From positions 84,818,001 to 84,882,000 of the forward strand of contig NC_058368.1 of NCBI RefSeq assembly GCF_018350175.1: a stretch of 64,000 nt of DNA, written 5' to 3'. A model generated the notes under the pieces. That model was given only the letters and a program-made list of their open reading frames with translations. It did not search any database and was not told the origin of the DNA. The stretch comes from Felis catus. Taxonomy: Eukaryota. The translations under genes and the position numbers were made by a program. Shown here piece after piece: positions 12,491-25,162 of the stretch (position 1 is the first letter of the stretch; each line of letters starts with the position of its first letter).

Positions 12491-13979
12491 CAGAGATCAT
12501 TTGCAGTGCTCTATTTCAATTACATATTACTTGATAATTACATGACTGAAAATTATAAAACCTATTTAAAATCTTTCATTTACCATTTTCAAAATAGTTT
12601 AATATGGACATAAAATTAGTTACAACTTTTTCCATTTTTTATCACTTTCAGAGTTTTCAAAATTAGTACCCCCACCTTTACTATTGATTAATGGGCACAA
12701 TTAATAATTCTTTTGATAAATTACAGGAATATGGTAAGTATGTCTGTTGCACCACATGACACCAACATAAGTGAACATTATTCACATAATTTGTAATTTA
12801 TAATTGTGCCTTGTCTTGTATCATGTGTAGTCACTATTCTTAGAAGCTGAGTTAAATCTATGTGTTTAACTATGTAAAAGCCAAGCCCTTCAAACAGGAG
12901 TCACACATATAAAACATCAATATTTACTGAAACCTGTCAAAATCAGATCATATTTCTTGATATCATTTAATTCAGAAAGGTATTGTTTTTCCAAAATAAA
13001 AAATAAAAGGAGTCAGAGACAGAACTTATATTTTCATGTCTATGAGCCAAAATACTGAGTCTGCAGAAGGCATATGATTTAATTCGGAATTGTTAGTACA
13101 TTTAGTTTAACTTTTCTGTGTTATACACTGAAAAAGGTAATGAAATCAGGCTATTTCCCTCAGTGTGACACTGTAATACTAAGTGCAGAATTTCATTAAC
13201 TAAAAAAGCACTTTTTATAATGAGATTATTCCCCCTCAAAGTCACAGAAACACAACTTTATTGGGTAAAGTAGAGAAAATAAAAATTCTGAATTATTTAT
13301 CTAGCCACAGAGGTTAGTTAATTTCTTCTGCAGTTCAAAAATAATCTAAATCTTTAAAGGCATTTTTATCTCTGATCTGTTATAACTTGTTGAATAAAAC
13401 CATAGCTGCAGACATGGGGATACACATTCTTTCTCAAAGATATGGTATAATTCAATGGAGTTATATAGCAGAAGGAGTCCATCTCTTCCATGGACATTCC
13501 CTTTGCCCCCACTTTACATAGACGTTCCCTACTTGAGGTCCTTTCAAGATGGAGAAAGGCAATACAAAAGAATTGCTCAATCCCTAACTCCAGTTCTTGA
13601 GCATCATTACTGTACTGGTAGTATTCTACTTGAGAGTTTTAGTTGGTTATTTCAAAATCAGACACGATGAAAATACACTTCCTCCTTGTCAAATGTATTT
13701 TGCATTTGCCAAAATTCTGTGATATGCACATCCTCATAACGTTAACATGCAGTCTGTACCCTTAGTAACTAATGGAAATCTCTAATTTTGGAGTTCAGTA
13801 TCAGTTTCCTGAAGAACCTCAAACTTTCTTATTCATTTCTTTGGCTTGTGGGCTTCTTATTTTTCACTATTTCCATCTCCCTATTGCTGAAGATTGATAG
13901 AACTTTAAAATTATTTAAAAATCAGTGGGTAACTTATTAACTGTAGGATGTTGGACAAGTTTCTTAATTTTTGCTACTC

Positions 13980-14216
13980 TCTTACTTATTTTTGAGTGTA
14001 CTGTCAGTGCATTGGCATTAAATATTTTCACATTGTTGCACAATCATTACGAATATTAACCCCTGGAAACTTTTCATATTCTTAAACTGAAATTCTTGTA
14101 TCCATTATACAATAAATGCCTTTCCTTTTTCCCCCAGAACCTGACAAGCACCATTCTATCTTCTGCCTCTGTATACTTGACTAATCTAGGTACTTCATAT
14201 AAGTGGAGTTATACAG

Positions 14217-14260
<44 letters not shown>

Positions 14261-14450
14261 TTGGCTTATTTCATGCAACATAATTGTCTTCAATGTTCAT
14301 CCATGCTGTATTATGTGTCAGAATATTCTTCCATTTTAAGGCTGAATAATATTCCTTTGTATGCATATACTATATTATACTACATTTTACTTATTTACTC
14401 ATTCCATCTAAAGACATTTGCGTTGTTTTTACTCTAGTTGTATTCTTAAA
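13980..14450 (-). mobile_element. Old L1 3'UTR fragment containing (GT)n at ~14219-14259
   Basis: CATATAAGTGGAG...TGGCTTATTTCA...TTCATCCATGCTGT...GGCTGAATAATATTCC motifs. Confidence 0.8.
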
Positions 14451-16184
14451 TAACAATTTAATGGGATTTTTGATAACATATGCTCATTATTGGTTATTTT
14501 GATTAGGTGAGTATATATATAGTATAATATATAGTAATTTGTGCTAAATTTTTGCTTGCATCATGCAAGATAAGTGTGTATGGTTTTAGAGAATATTTAC
14601 AACTTAAATGCATTTCCAGATTAAAAAAATGCATTTTATTATTATGATATTTCTACTTGTGGTTAAGTGTATTAATGAATATGAAATAATTATTTCCTTT
14701 TCAAAAGATATGTGATAACTCTGCACTTTTTTTAGGTGAATAAAATGTATAAAAATAGTCAACATAATATCATTGACTAGTTAGAGTGCTCATAGTGCTT
14801 AGAATATTTAATGGAAAAATCAACTAAATATGTCAATTACATAAGATGAGTGGAAGGTATTTACATTTTCCTAAAATGTGATAATATATAATTATTTGTT
14901 TAATTGAAATCCTATATATCTTTTCATATTACACAACTAAGACTATTTTCCACTAATTGCAATGTTTGTAAACCTACACAAATAAGATTCTAAAGGATAA
15001 TTTCTAAAAATATTGATGATGGATACAAAGTGCAATGGAAACTTAAAATGAAGAATTAACTTATCTTGCAAGTAAAGTATCTACAATGGTTAAATAGAAT
15101 AATGAAAACTCGATATTTACTAGTGTGACAATATGAAAATTTAATACTTTGGGAAAGTATTTTCTTTTTCATCTTCACTATGGCTTGAGAACATTAATGA
15201 TATATTTTATTTTCTTCTGTTTCCATAGAATGCCACTTAGAATAGAGCTAAACTTATGATGTCTTTAAATCACAAACTCATCTCTTTTGCAATGCTATTA
15301 GAAAACACAAATATACCCTCTATTTTTTCTCATAGAGTAATCATAGAATATTTAGGATCTGTCTGAAAATTTTCCTTCTATATTTTTATGATCCCATTAG
15401 CCATCACTTAGTATTACAATTATTAATCTTCCTCCTCAAGATACTTAGATTAGCCAATTCTTTCTGTATAAAATATAATGGTAACAACTAAATCATTTAT
15501 ATTACTGAATTGACAAGTTGTTACAAGACTTTCAATCTGATTAAGTTAGCATTCATTTTAAATCTTCAGATTGTAGGATAGATAACAGAGTGGATTTTAT
15601 ATGTTAAACTGTATAGAAAGTGTACAATTACTGCAGATTTTCTGGAGTTCAAAATTCATAAACAAATTACTAAACGTTAAGAAATTAGTGTGACCTACTC
15701 ACATAAAATGATGTCACCCCACAGGCTTGATCTGAATCTCATTTGAGCAACATTATCCTGAAACACCTCTTGTAGTCTCGCAACAACAAAATTGCTCATA
15801 TCAGAGTCTACAGTGACCTATTAAGGGGTGTGGCACCTTGACATATTTTGCTAAAAATACTTTCTTATTAATATGCTAGTGCTGCATAGGTTTGACTCTT
15901 TGGATGCCAATGGTGTTTAATTTTAAAGGGTTTTAGAGATTTTCATAACTGAAATATACTTTCTTTGGCCCTGTCAGAAAGCTCTGATTCATTAAGATAA
16001 GAGAGAAAATTTACAAGGAAAAGTAAATGTACATAAATGATCTTGGAAAGGGATGATGATTTAAAAATACACTAAAGAGTAGATTTGTCTACCCTGGAGT
16101 TACTTGGTTTAATTTTGATAAGGAGGAAATGTTAAATAATTTGTTTTTAAGAGTCAAGCTTTTGTCAAGTAATTAAAATGATGA

Positions 16185-16472
16185 AATACATATGTGGAAT
16201 TTAAGCAATGAAATAGATGAACATGGAGGGTAAAATGAGAGGCAAACTATAAAACAGACTTTTAAATATAGAGAACAAACATAGTTACCACAGGGGAGGT
16301 GGTCAGGAAGATGGGTTAAATGGGTAATGGGTATTAAGGAGGGCACTTTCTGTGATGAGCACTGGATGTTATATGCAGGTGATGAGTCACTAAATTCTAA
16401 ATATAAAACTAATATTACACTGTATGTTAACTAATTGAAATTTAAATAAAAACGTGAAAACAAAAAAAAAAA
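16185..16472 (+). mobile_element. 5'-truncated carnivore L1 3' end
   Basis: CATATGTGGAATTTAAG...GATGAGCACTGG...TAAATAAAA followed by poly-A. Confidence 0.85.
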
Positions 16473-16822
16473 CATGACATGCATGGTAAAGTTCAGTTGT
16501 TCTTTCCTCTTTGAACTAACTTGACAGTATTACTGTTTCACAAATTTCAATTTTTATACCTATATTATTTTATTTTATAGCTTATATGTTTCTTTGTATC
16601 TAAGTGACAGAATATATAATCATAGAAACAACAGCTATAGCAGATTGCATTTGTTGTGCCAATCTCTTTGCAATTAGATTCTATCTGGGTTGCTTTTACA
16701 TGATTTTATCTATGTTTGTAGTTTATATTTTCAGTTTCTGGGCAAACCTTTGTTCTTAGATTCATTTTTACCTCTTCTGTGACCTTGACTTTTGTAAGAA
16801 TAAATGTAAGTATCATATTCCA

Positions 16823-16980
16823 CATCTATATCTATATCTATATCTATATCTATATCTATATATCTATCTATATACAACACACATATACATATATATATAT
16901 ATAATTACATACATATATTTTATAATTACTTATATTATATATACATATGATGTATTTATAAATTATAGACACACACACAC
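16823..16980. repeat. (TATATC)n/(TA)n/(CA)n compound simple repeat
   Basis: Visible directly. Confidence 0.9.
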
Positions 16981-17509
16981 CTTATGCATCATGGAATAGT
17001 TGATGGGAAAAGCTACCTCTGTAAAATTGTAAGATGTTTTAGTTGCTTAATTCAGGTTATCTGTAGTAATCATTTTATTTGTTTGGAAAGAGAGCATATC
17101 ATGGATTTCAATATGCTTCTGAATTTGCATGTTGAGTAGACTTTGTGCAATGTCAATCAAATGCTATGTGGTTACCAAAGGGAATGAGAATGAATATCAG
17201 AGAACCTCAATGTCAAAAAGAGGAGGGCATACCACAAAGAACTCCATTAGGAAACTGAAATTATAGTGAATCTGTGTTTCCTAAATTGAAGCAGTTTAGG
17301 TTTATTTTTAAATATGTGGGCATAATTTAAATAAACCAACAAATTTTTCACCAGACCCTCATTTTAACAAGAACAGGGTATTTTGTCCATTGATCCTCCT
17401 GAAGAAATGTGGGGATGGAATAATTTCCAGACATCACGAAAGAGACTGTGTGGAAAAGTCCATGTAACAAGTGCTGAGACCTGGACAGAGTGCAGAGCTA
17501 AGAAGCCAC

Positions 17510-17945
17510 AGATCAGCAGGAGAGAAGCAAATAAAATAGCATCACATAAGTTGCAGGAAGTTTATCGTGGATTTCCCTTAGGAATAAGTCCCTAAGAATG
17601 AAGGAATCAGAGTTGGCCACAGGGAGATGTTGAGCCGTGTTGCAGTTATAACAAAGTTCTCAGTTACCCCAGGAGGAATTCTAACATGTTCCTTCTAAGT
17701 TGTCTTGCTATAGGGAAAGGGGTTCCTCTTGCACCCCAACAAGAGCATTGATAGGATGTGTGGCCTTCAACCAGGAAGGAAGTATGGCCTTGGGCTATGT
17801 TCTTCAAATAAGAACAGTGTTCTTCACATAAGAACAAGTTCTTGAGAGGCACTTAACTGAGGGTGTCTGACTAGCACTCCTAAACAACTGGGGAGTAAAT
17901 AATTTAATCCTGGAAAGGGAAGGGGAATATGGGAGCACAGAATAG
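17510..17945. mobile_element. Ancient ERVL-type LTR (LTR16-like)
   Basis: GGCCACAGGGAGATGTTGAGCCGTGTTGCAGTTATAACAAAG...CAGTTACCCCAGGAGG resembles the LTR16 consensus from memory. Confidence 0.45.
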
Positions 17946-18305
17946 TAACGTGCATACTCTATAAGTAACAATCAGAAGTCAATATGGAGGAGTCTCTTGG
18001 ATATCATTCACACAGCTTTGTTCCTGCACATAGCATGTAGCTTGTGTGATTGTTGTGCACAGAGACTTCTAACAAGAATGATAATTCAGTAAAAATATGG
18101 TTTTCTTCCAGTATAAGACACATTGTAGTTTGGAATTTTCCCACAAGGAGTATGCTGGTACTAAGAGCTCAAAACCTCTATTGGCAAGCCTAGTTTGTTT
18201 GTTTTTTGTTTGTTTGTTTTGTTTGGAAGAGCTGCTAATACGTCTCTGATAAAAGCATTGGTCCTGAACCAGGAACCTGGAACTCCATCCAAAAGAGCAA
18301 AAGTA

Positions 18306-18412
18306 GAGGTGCCTAGCTGACTCAGTCAGTTGAGCATGCAATTCTTGATCTTTGGGCTGTGAATTTGAGCCTCACATTGGGTACAAGGATTATTTAAAAT
18401 AAAATATTTTTA
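18306..18412 (+). mobile_element. Short CanSINE
   Basis: GAGGTGCCTAGCTGACTCAGTCAGTTGAGC head; 17-bp direct repeat AAAAGAGCAAAAGTAGA on both sides. Confidence 0.9.
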
Positions 18413-18589
18413 AAAAGAGCAAAAGTAGATGTGATGGATAGCAGAAATTTATCACTTTGTAGTGAGAACTTCTCAATTTTAGTGAGTTCACTCCCTTATA
18501 AAAGAGTGTTCTGTAGTGTTAGCTCAGAGTCTATAACAACAGCTCTCAAAAGATGTCAGGATTTTGCTTTCCCTAGGATCCCTTTGCTC

Positions 18590-18955
18590 TGTACCCTAGA
18601 CTAAATTGCACCCTCCCAAATTTCTATGTTGGATACCTTGACTACAAATGTGGAAGGTTTAGGGGATAAGACTGTTACAGAAATAATTCTGGTTAAATTA
18701 GTTAATATGGGCATGACCTCGTTGTAAGGTTTAGTGTGCTTATGAGAGAGCACTAATCCTCTTACTCTTCTCAATGATGAAAGACCATATGAGGCAGTTT
18801 TCTGTAAACTAAGAAGAAAGGTCTCACTTGAAGCCAAATTGGCATGTAGCTTGATCTTAGACTTTCTGGCCTCCAGAACTTAAGAAAATAAGTTTCTGAT
18901 GTCTAATTTAACCAGTCTATGTTATTTTTTCATGCAAGCCTGAGCTGACAAATCT
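18590..18955 (+). mobile_element. MaLR solo LTR (MLT1A/B-like)
   Basis: CTTGATCTTAGACTTTCTGGCCTCCAGAACT...AAATAAGTTTCTG...AGCCTGAGCTGAC, a typical MLT1 3' end. Confidence 0.8.
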
Positions 18956-19649
18956 GTTCTGGTATGTAGATGCAAGTTTCTTTGGAGAAGGATTGATATA
19001 TAGTGCCAATATGCAATTATTGTGTCATTGTTGGACCTTTCTTCAAAGTGACCTGGTGGCTTTCATTAGATAAATTCTGGGACTGGATATTGACTCAAAA
19101 TAGGAAATAAGAATGTACTTTTTTCTGATGAGAGCTTTTATCAGACTTTCACCCCTCAAGTTTTTATCTTAGTTTTATCAGTTAAGCAATACTCTGGTGG
19201 CTGCACATATATCTCAGCTTAAGAGTGTCATGTCCATTTAGTAAGCTATGTACACCATACTTTTAAAGTGTTTTATACAAAACATGGGCCATGTTATGCC
19301 TGGGCCCTTTCTTTCCCACTTATATATGTAGCTCTGATTACTCTGCAATATATTTGTCTATTAATCTGGCCAGAATGGACAACTGCTTATGAAATTCTCA
19401 ATGATGCTTTTGGTATTTCCAGAGTGCATCCAATATCACTCTAGGCTCTTTTGAGGGATCATGGTCACCTGGAAATGCATGATACATGCCAACATGTCCT
19501 CTGTTCTTTGCCTTTTCATAGTTTATCAATAGTCAGCCAAGATCAGTCAGGCATCATCATCTTACCTATTGTAGGTCCTCGTGGTGGTTACTTTTTGCCT
19601 CAACTATCGTACCCAGTTATTTTTTAATTCACAAGAAATGCTGCTTTTT

Positions 19650-19910
19650 AAAATCATTTTTATAACATGTAATAGACATATAACACTGTATGAGAATAAG
19701 GTGGTCAATATGATAACCTGATACATGTATAGATTCCCAAATGGTTACCACAATAAGGTTAGTTAACACATTTTACTCTTCACATAATTGCCATTTTATT
19801 TCTGTTGCTATGGCGATAACATTAAATCTATACTCTCATAGCACCTTTCAAGTGTCCGCTACAGTGATCCTAAGTAATTATTTTAGTCATGACTCTATAC
19901 ATTAGATATA
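19650..19910 (-). mobile_element. Old L1 3' end
   Basis: ATGGTTACCACAATAAGGTTAGTTAACAC...CTATACATTAGAT. Confidence 0.65.
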
Positions 19911-20229
19911 AACAAAATATAATTCTAGCAGTTAAATTCCACGGCTGATAAAATAGTTTGATAATAATATCTGTTACAAGAAAAAGAGCAAAGTTTGCAA
20001 AATACAAATTATTTCTGTCAATTAACAACATTTTTTCTTATTAATAGAGGATGTATTTGTCTTTCCTCTGGTACACCATGGGCCAATCACTTTCTCAAGG
20101 CTGCCTGGAAAGGTACAGGAAAATAAACATACAGAGAAAATGATCCATGGGAGAAAGACCTATGGGAGATGGAGATGGCTCCTTCACATAGTGATAACTA
20201 CCTTGTTAAGGTAGTTGTTAACATGATTT

Positions 20230-20775
20230 TTATAATTGAGATAAAACTGGTGTATAATAGTATTTTAATTTCAAGTGTAAAATATAATAAGACAATATTC
20301 GTATACATACAAAGTGTTCACCACAAACATTCTAGTTACTGTTTGTCACCATTCAATTAAACCCCCTTTACCCACTTTCCCCATTTATGAAAACTGTTCC
20401 CTCTGTTCTCCCTGTTCCAATAATTTGTTCTCTGTATCTATGAGTATGATTTTGGTTTTGTTTATTTTTTTTAATTTTTTAAAATGTTCTTATTTATTTT
20501 TGAGACAGAGAGAGACATAGCATGAGCAGGGGAGGAACAGAGAGAGAGGGAGACACAGAATCTGAAGGAGGCTTCAGGCTCTGAGCTGTCAGCACAGAGC
20601 CTGACATGGGGCTCAAACTCACAGACTGTGAGATCATGACCTGAGCCGAAGTCGGACGTCCAACCGACTGAGCCACCCAGGTGCCCCATGTTTTTGTTTA
20701 TTTTAAATTCACCCCATAAATAAAATCATCTGTTATTTTTCTTTCTCTGACATTTTACTCAGAAAAATACACTCT
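20230..20775 (-). mobile_element. L1 3' end, interrupted by a SINE
   Basis: L1 3'UTR motifs (GTTACTGTTTGTCACCAT, TTGTTCTCTGTATCTATGAGT, TCTTTCTCTGAC). Confidence 0.7.
20470..20687 (-). mobile_element. CanSINE (SINEC_Fc type)
   Basis: Ends CCGACTGAGCCACCCAGGTGCCCC; (AG)n and poly-T present. Confidence 0.95.
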
Positions 20776-22139
20776 GAAGAGATTGGAAGATGGATGCAGA
20801 GAGGAAGACCCTAGGCACACATCTTCCCATGAATACAACTATATAACTATCAAATCATCTTAAATACCCCAGAAATAAACCTGGCAGAATCAGACTGTCA
20901 GAACAAACTCCACAAATAAAATCATAGAAGAGGCCACATCAAAGAATGTAGAAAGTGTGAAGACACAGTTTGGTAGAGAAATGGATCATGGTTGCTGCAT
21001 TTGGGTGGGAGCAACAGACATGGAGAAGGGTAAGAGACAGACTAACATACAGAGGAGGGTATAGGGAAAACAAATTCCCAGAGCAATTGGATTTAAAAGT
21101 GAGAGAGACTGAATTTTGTGACTTTTGGCAACAAACTGGGCTTCAGCCTGGATTCTCAAGTCAGCAGCCTTTACAGGTATACAGCCTGAATGGCAATGGG
21201 GCTACTCTTAGAGAAAAGACAGGGAAAGAACTTTCCAACAAATATCATGGAAAGACCCTTTGCAGAGCACCTGGAGCACACAGTGGGGAAGTTATCTGGT
21301 CATCTTGGAGCCTGTCCCAGAGAAGCAGCATTCATGGAGAGACTCCTCTGGGAGAAAAGAAGCTTGCAGGCAGCACTTCCCTCCCCACACTCAGCATAAG
21401 CTCAGGACTACCTGTGAGAACCTATACAGTGCAATCACTAGCTACCTAACTTGTTTACACCAAGCTGTGCCCCCAATTCTCGGATAGAACTACCTTTCCC
21501 TGTCACATTTGCCTCAGTCCAAACACAACATGTTCTTTCCCCCCAGAAGACCTGCCCATCCCTCTGCCCACATCCCATCTCCCAAGCCTAGAGTTTTGCA
21601 GAGTATCAGTTCCAGCAGTGGACATAACTCATTTCACAGGCAGACCAAAGCACACCTATTTAGAACTCACCACATTCAGGTAAGGGACCAAATACTGTTC
21701 ACAACATGCAAAGAAAGCCTAAGCAAAAGACTGGACTGAAGGATAAAATGACTAGAAGAAAACATAAAGGTATATTCAAAACACATTGGATATATTTCCA
21801 TGAGGGTCAGGCCCTGGGAAACAGTGGACACTACATGGCGGGGGTGGGGGGACTACACAATCTCTTCTCCATAAGGTCATCATCCTCAAGAACAGCAGAC
21901 ATAGATGACTTTCTTAATATACAGAAACAGGCATAGAGATGTAGACAAAAATGGGAAGACAGAGGAATTAATATCAAATGAAAGAACAACACAAAACCAT
22001 GGCCAGAAATACAAGCAAAACAAATATGAGTAACATGCTGGATGGAATATTTAAAGCAGTTATTGTAAGTATATTCACTGGGTGTGGTAAAAGAGTGGAG
22101 GACATGAATAAGACTCTTAATACAGAAATAAGGATAACA

Positions 22140-22336
22140 GGGACATCTGGGTGACTCAGTCGGTTAAGCAGGCCTACTTTGGCTCAGGTCATGTTTTGGC
22201 AGTTTGTGGATTTGAGCCCTGCATTGGGCTTTTAGCTGTCAGTGCAGACACTGCTTTGGATTCTCTGTCTTCCTCTCTCTCTGCCTTTCCCTACTCACAC
22301 ACTCTCTCTCACAAAAAGAAATAAACATTAAAAAAA
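22140..22336 (+). mobile_element. CanSINE
   Basis: GGGACATCTGGGTGACTCAGTCGG head; TSD ~GAAATAAGGA(A)TAACA. Confidence 0.9.
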
Positions 22337-22752
22337 GGAAATAAGGAATAACATATAAGAGACATAGTGCTCAATAAATGAAATAAGAAACATGCTTGAT
22401 GAAATACACAGCAGGCTGGAAGAAGTAGAAGAATGACTCAATGATCCAGTAGACAAAGCATGAGGAAGTAACTAATCTGAGCAAAAAAAAGAGAACAAGA
22501 ATTATGCAAAAAGAGAAAAGACTTAGAGAACTCAATGGCCCAATCAAGTAGAATAACTTTCATATTATAGGAGTCTCAGAAGAAAAAGAGAGAGAAAAGG
22601 GGCAAAAAAATTATTTGAAGAAATAATAGAAAACTTTCTAATCTCTGAAGGAAGCAGATATTGAGATCCAGGAGGCACAAGGAACCCCCCAAAAAATCAA
22701 CAAAGCAGATTCACTCCAAGACATATTCTAATTAAATTGGAAATGAACCTTA

Positions 22753-22960
22753 GTGGCACCTGTGTGGCTCAGTCGGTTGAGCTGAGCATCTGACTTCGGC
22801 TCAGGTCATGATCTCACAGTTGGTGGGCTTGAGCCCCGTGTTGGGCTCTGTGCTAACAGCTTAGAGCCTGCAGCCTGCTTTGGAGTCTGTGTCTCCCTCT
22901 TTCTGCCCCTCCTCCACTCACACTCTGTCTCTAAAAAATTAATAAATGTTAAAAAAAAAC
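22753..22960 (+). mobile_element. CanSINE
   Basis: GTGGCACCTGTGTGGCTCAGTCGG head; TSD AATGAACCTTA. Confidence 0.9.
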
Positions 22961-22986
22961 AATGAACCTTAAAAGCAGCAAGATAA

Positions 22987-23182
22987 GTGGCGCTTCAGTG
23001 GCTCAGTCAGTTAAGCATGTGACTCTTGATTTTGACTCAGGTCATGATCTCACAGTTTGCGGGATTGAGCTCTGCATCAGAGTCTGCACTGACAGTGCAA
23101 AGCCTGCATTGAATTCTCATTCTTTCTCTTTACCCCTCCCCCACTCTTACATGAGTGGGTGCTCTCTTTTATCAAAATAAAT
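22987..23182 (+). mobile_element. CanSINE at the L1/ERV junction
   Basis: GTGGCGCTTCAGTGGCTCAGTCAG head; no matching right-hand TSD. Confidence 0.85.
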
Positions 23183-23189
23183 TTATTTT

Positions 23190-23328
23190 GATAAAGTTAC
23201 AATTTACATTTACATTTACAATTTACATTTTTTACAATTTACAATACAATTTACATTTACAATTACATATGGCTTCCCTGAGAGCTCAGGAAAGCCCACA
23301 GCATTAAAAGTTGAAATTTTCTGTATCA
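23190..23328 (-). repeat. 3' LTR remnant (U3 start) of the provirus
   Basis: On the minus strand it starts TGATACAGAAAATTTCAAC right after the PPT, and aligns to 47350-47405. It contains a (TTACAT/TTACAAT)n expansion. Confidence 0.8.
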
Positions 23329-23340
23329 TTTCCCCTTTTT
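23329..23340 (-). promoter_or_regulatory. Polypurine tract
   Basis: Minus strand AAAAAGGGGAAA, immediately before the TG of the LTR. Confidence 0.85.
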
Positions 23341-23581
23341 GATCAATAATATTTCTTCAGAAATAAATAATAATCAACTTTATGTCATTATGTCCCTCAA
23401 GGCCAGGATCTGCCTCAGATCCACCAAGTCTCTCATTGCTAGGTATGAATATGCATCTTTTTATCTAGAGTTCATTGTTGGGGGCTCACTTATTTAAATG
23501 ATAATGAGAAGCCTAAAAATGATATATGTTTTCTATTAATTTCAATTGTTGAGCAAGCATAATACATGTATTTGCCCTAGA

Positions 23582-23737
23582 TTATCTCATCTTACATTTG
23601 GTATAGCATTTATAACAATGATATATGGATAGAAAAAGGGCTGCAATAAATGCAACCTGAAAAAATAAATGCAGTGGTGGGATGGCTTTGAATAAACAAG
23701 AGAAAAAAAACAGATAATTCATCACATATGACTTGCA
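23582..23737 (-). pseudogene. env: ERV env C-terminus: membrane anchor and cytoplasmic tail
   Basis: Manual translation SCLFKAIPPLHLFFQVAFIAALFLSIYHCYKCYTKCKMR*; it lies ~240 bp upstream of the PPT. Confidence 0.7.
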
Positions 23738-23864
23738 TTTTTAATATTTAAATCCAAGTTACTTAACATAGAGAGTAAAAATGACTTCGAATGACTAAGG
23801 AATAGAATTTAGTGATTCATCATTTACATAAAACACCCAGTGCTCATCCAAAATGTGCCCTCCT

Positions 23865-25117
23865 GGAGGGAGGAGTCAACATGGCAGAGAGGTAAGGGGA
23901 CCGGAAGTTCCCTTGTCCCTCAAACACAGCAGTATTGAGGCCAGAAGACTTGGAGTTCCAGGAATTCAGGCTATAGAGTGACAGAAACATCTCCAGGGGC
24001 CCATGGGGACACCTTGATGGGCCATCGGTGTGTGATTGCAAAGTGGGAGAGATAAAATGGGCAGTTTAGGCATGCAGAGGATGGATCTCCTTTTGTGGAG
24101 AGACAAAAGGAAGAGAAAGAGAGGGTGAGAAAATGTTGAACTGTATTTGGACAAGAGAAAAAAAAACACAGACTGGGATACAGGAAAAAAAACAAAAACA
24201 AAAACAAACAAACAGAGAAAGAACCAATTTCTAACTGCCAAGCTTTCTTCACCCTATTCACACACCTGGAGAGGAGGGGAGCCAGGCCCAGGATCAGTAG
24301 CTAGCTCCAAGAAGTAGTCAGAGAGAGCAGTCCACTCTCTTGAGTGCTGTGGGCAGAAAGCAAATAGCCATTCAAAGGACAAAAGACCTTGTATGACCCC
24401 GCTGGCCAGAGGCTCTTTGTCAGCTGGCTGGTGGAGTGACAGCACCCCAGAACTGGAGACACGGATTGGTATTCTTTAAGACATCAGGGTTTGAATCCAA
24501 GCCAAGAGGCCTGGGAGGCAGGGTAGATGGTGGAGCATAATATAGCAGCCCACTCATGCCTGCTCAGCACTGTGAAGAGCCAGAGGCCCTTTGTTGGCAG
24601 GTGGGGTGAAGTGGCATTTCCCCATAACCAGAGCAAGTGGAATAGGATCTTTTAAGATATTGGGGTTTGAATCCAGCCAAGCACCTGGGAGTCATGGGAG
24701 ACTGTGGAGCAGAGAAAAACCGGACCCCTTGAGCCCATATGGCACTGTGAAAATCCCATGAACAGAGTGGTTTCAGACACCTGGTCTGGGGAAGAGAGAC
24801 TTGGGTGTGGTCATGTTTCTCCCCATCACCAAGGTGGGTTTTGCAGAACAGACAACAGGTCCAGGGTGGAGGTGGGACCTGCCTACACCAAACCATGTCC
24901 CTCCATGCCAGGTAATTGTATATGTCACAGAACAAGATTGACACTGAAAGAACCAGACAGTCACAACTTCAGACCAATGAAGCCACTGGTCCCGAGGCAC
25001 CATCAAATATTGGTCCAGTGGTTTTGCATTCTTTGATTTGATTTCTGGTCAATTATTACTTTAGGTTTATGTTTATATATTTATGTTATATTTATATTAT
25101 GTTATGATATATTATGT

Positions 25118-25162
<45 letters not shown>

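Larger units (their letters stand above)
20778..22986 (+). mobile_element. L1 5'UTR plus ORF1 N-terminal part, 3'-deleted, carrying two SINEs
   Basis: 5' end GAAGATGGATGCAGAG; ORF1 start AAAATGGGAAGACAGAGGAA (~21950); ORF1 motifs (TATAGGAGTCTCAGAAG, ATCCAGGAGGCAC). Confidence 0.85.

Noticed and set aside
17950..19620. Possible ERVL internal remnant next to the LTR16-like element
   Set aside because: Only a faint resemblance; no translatable motif could be confirmed by eye.
22140..23060. tRNA-like A/B box sequences
   Set aside because: They are heads of tRNA-derived SINEs, not tRNA genes.
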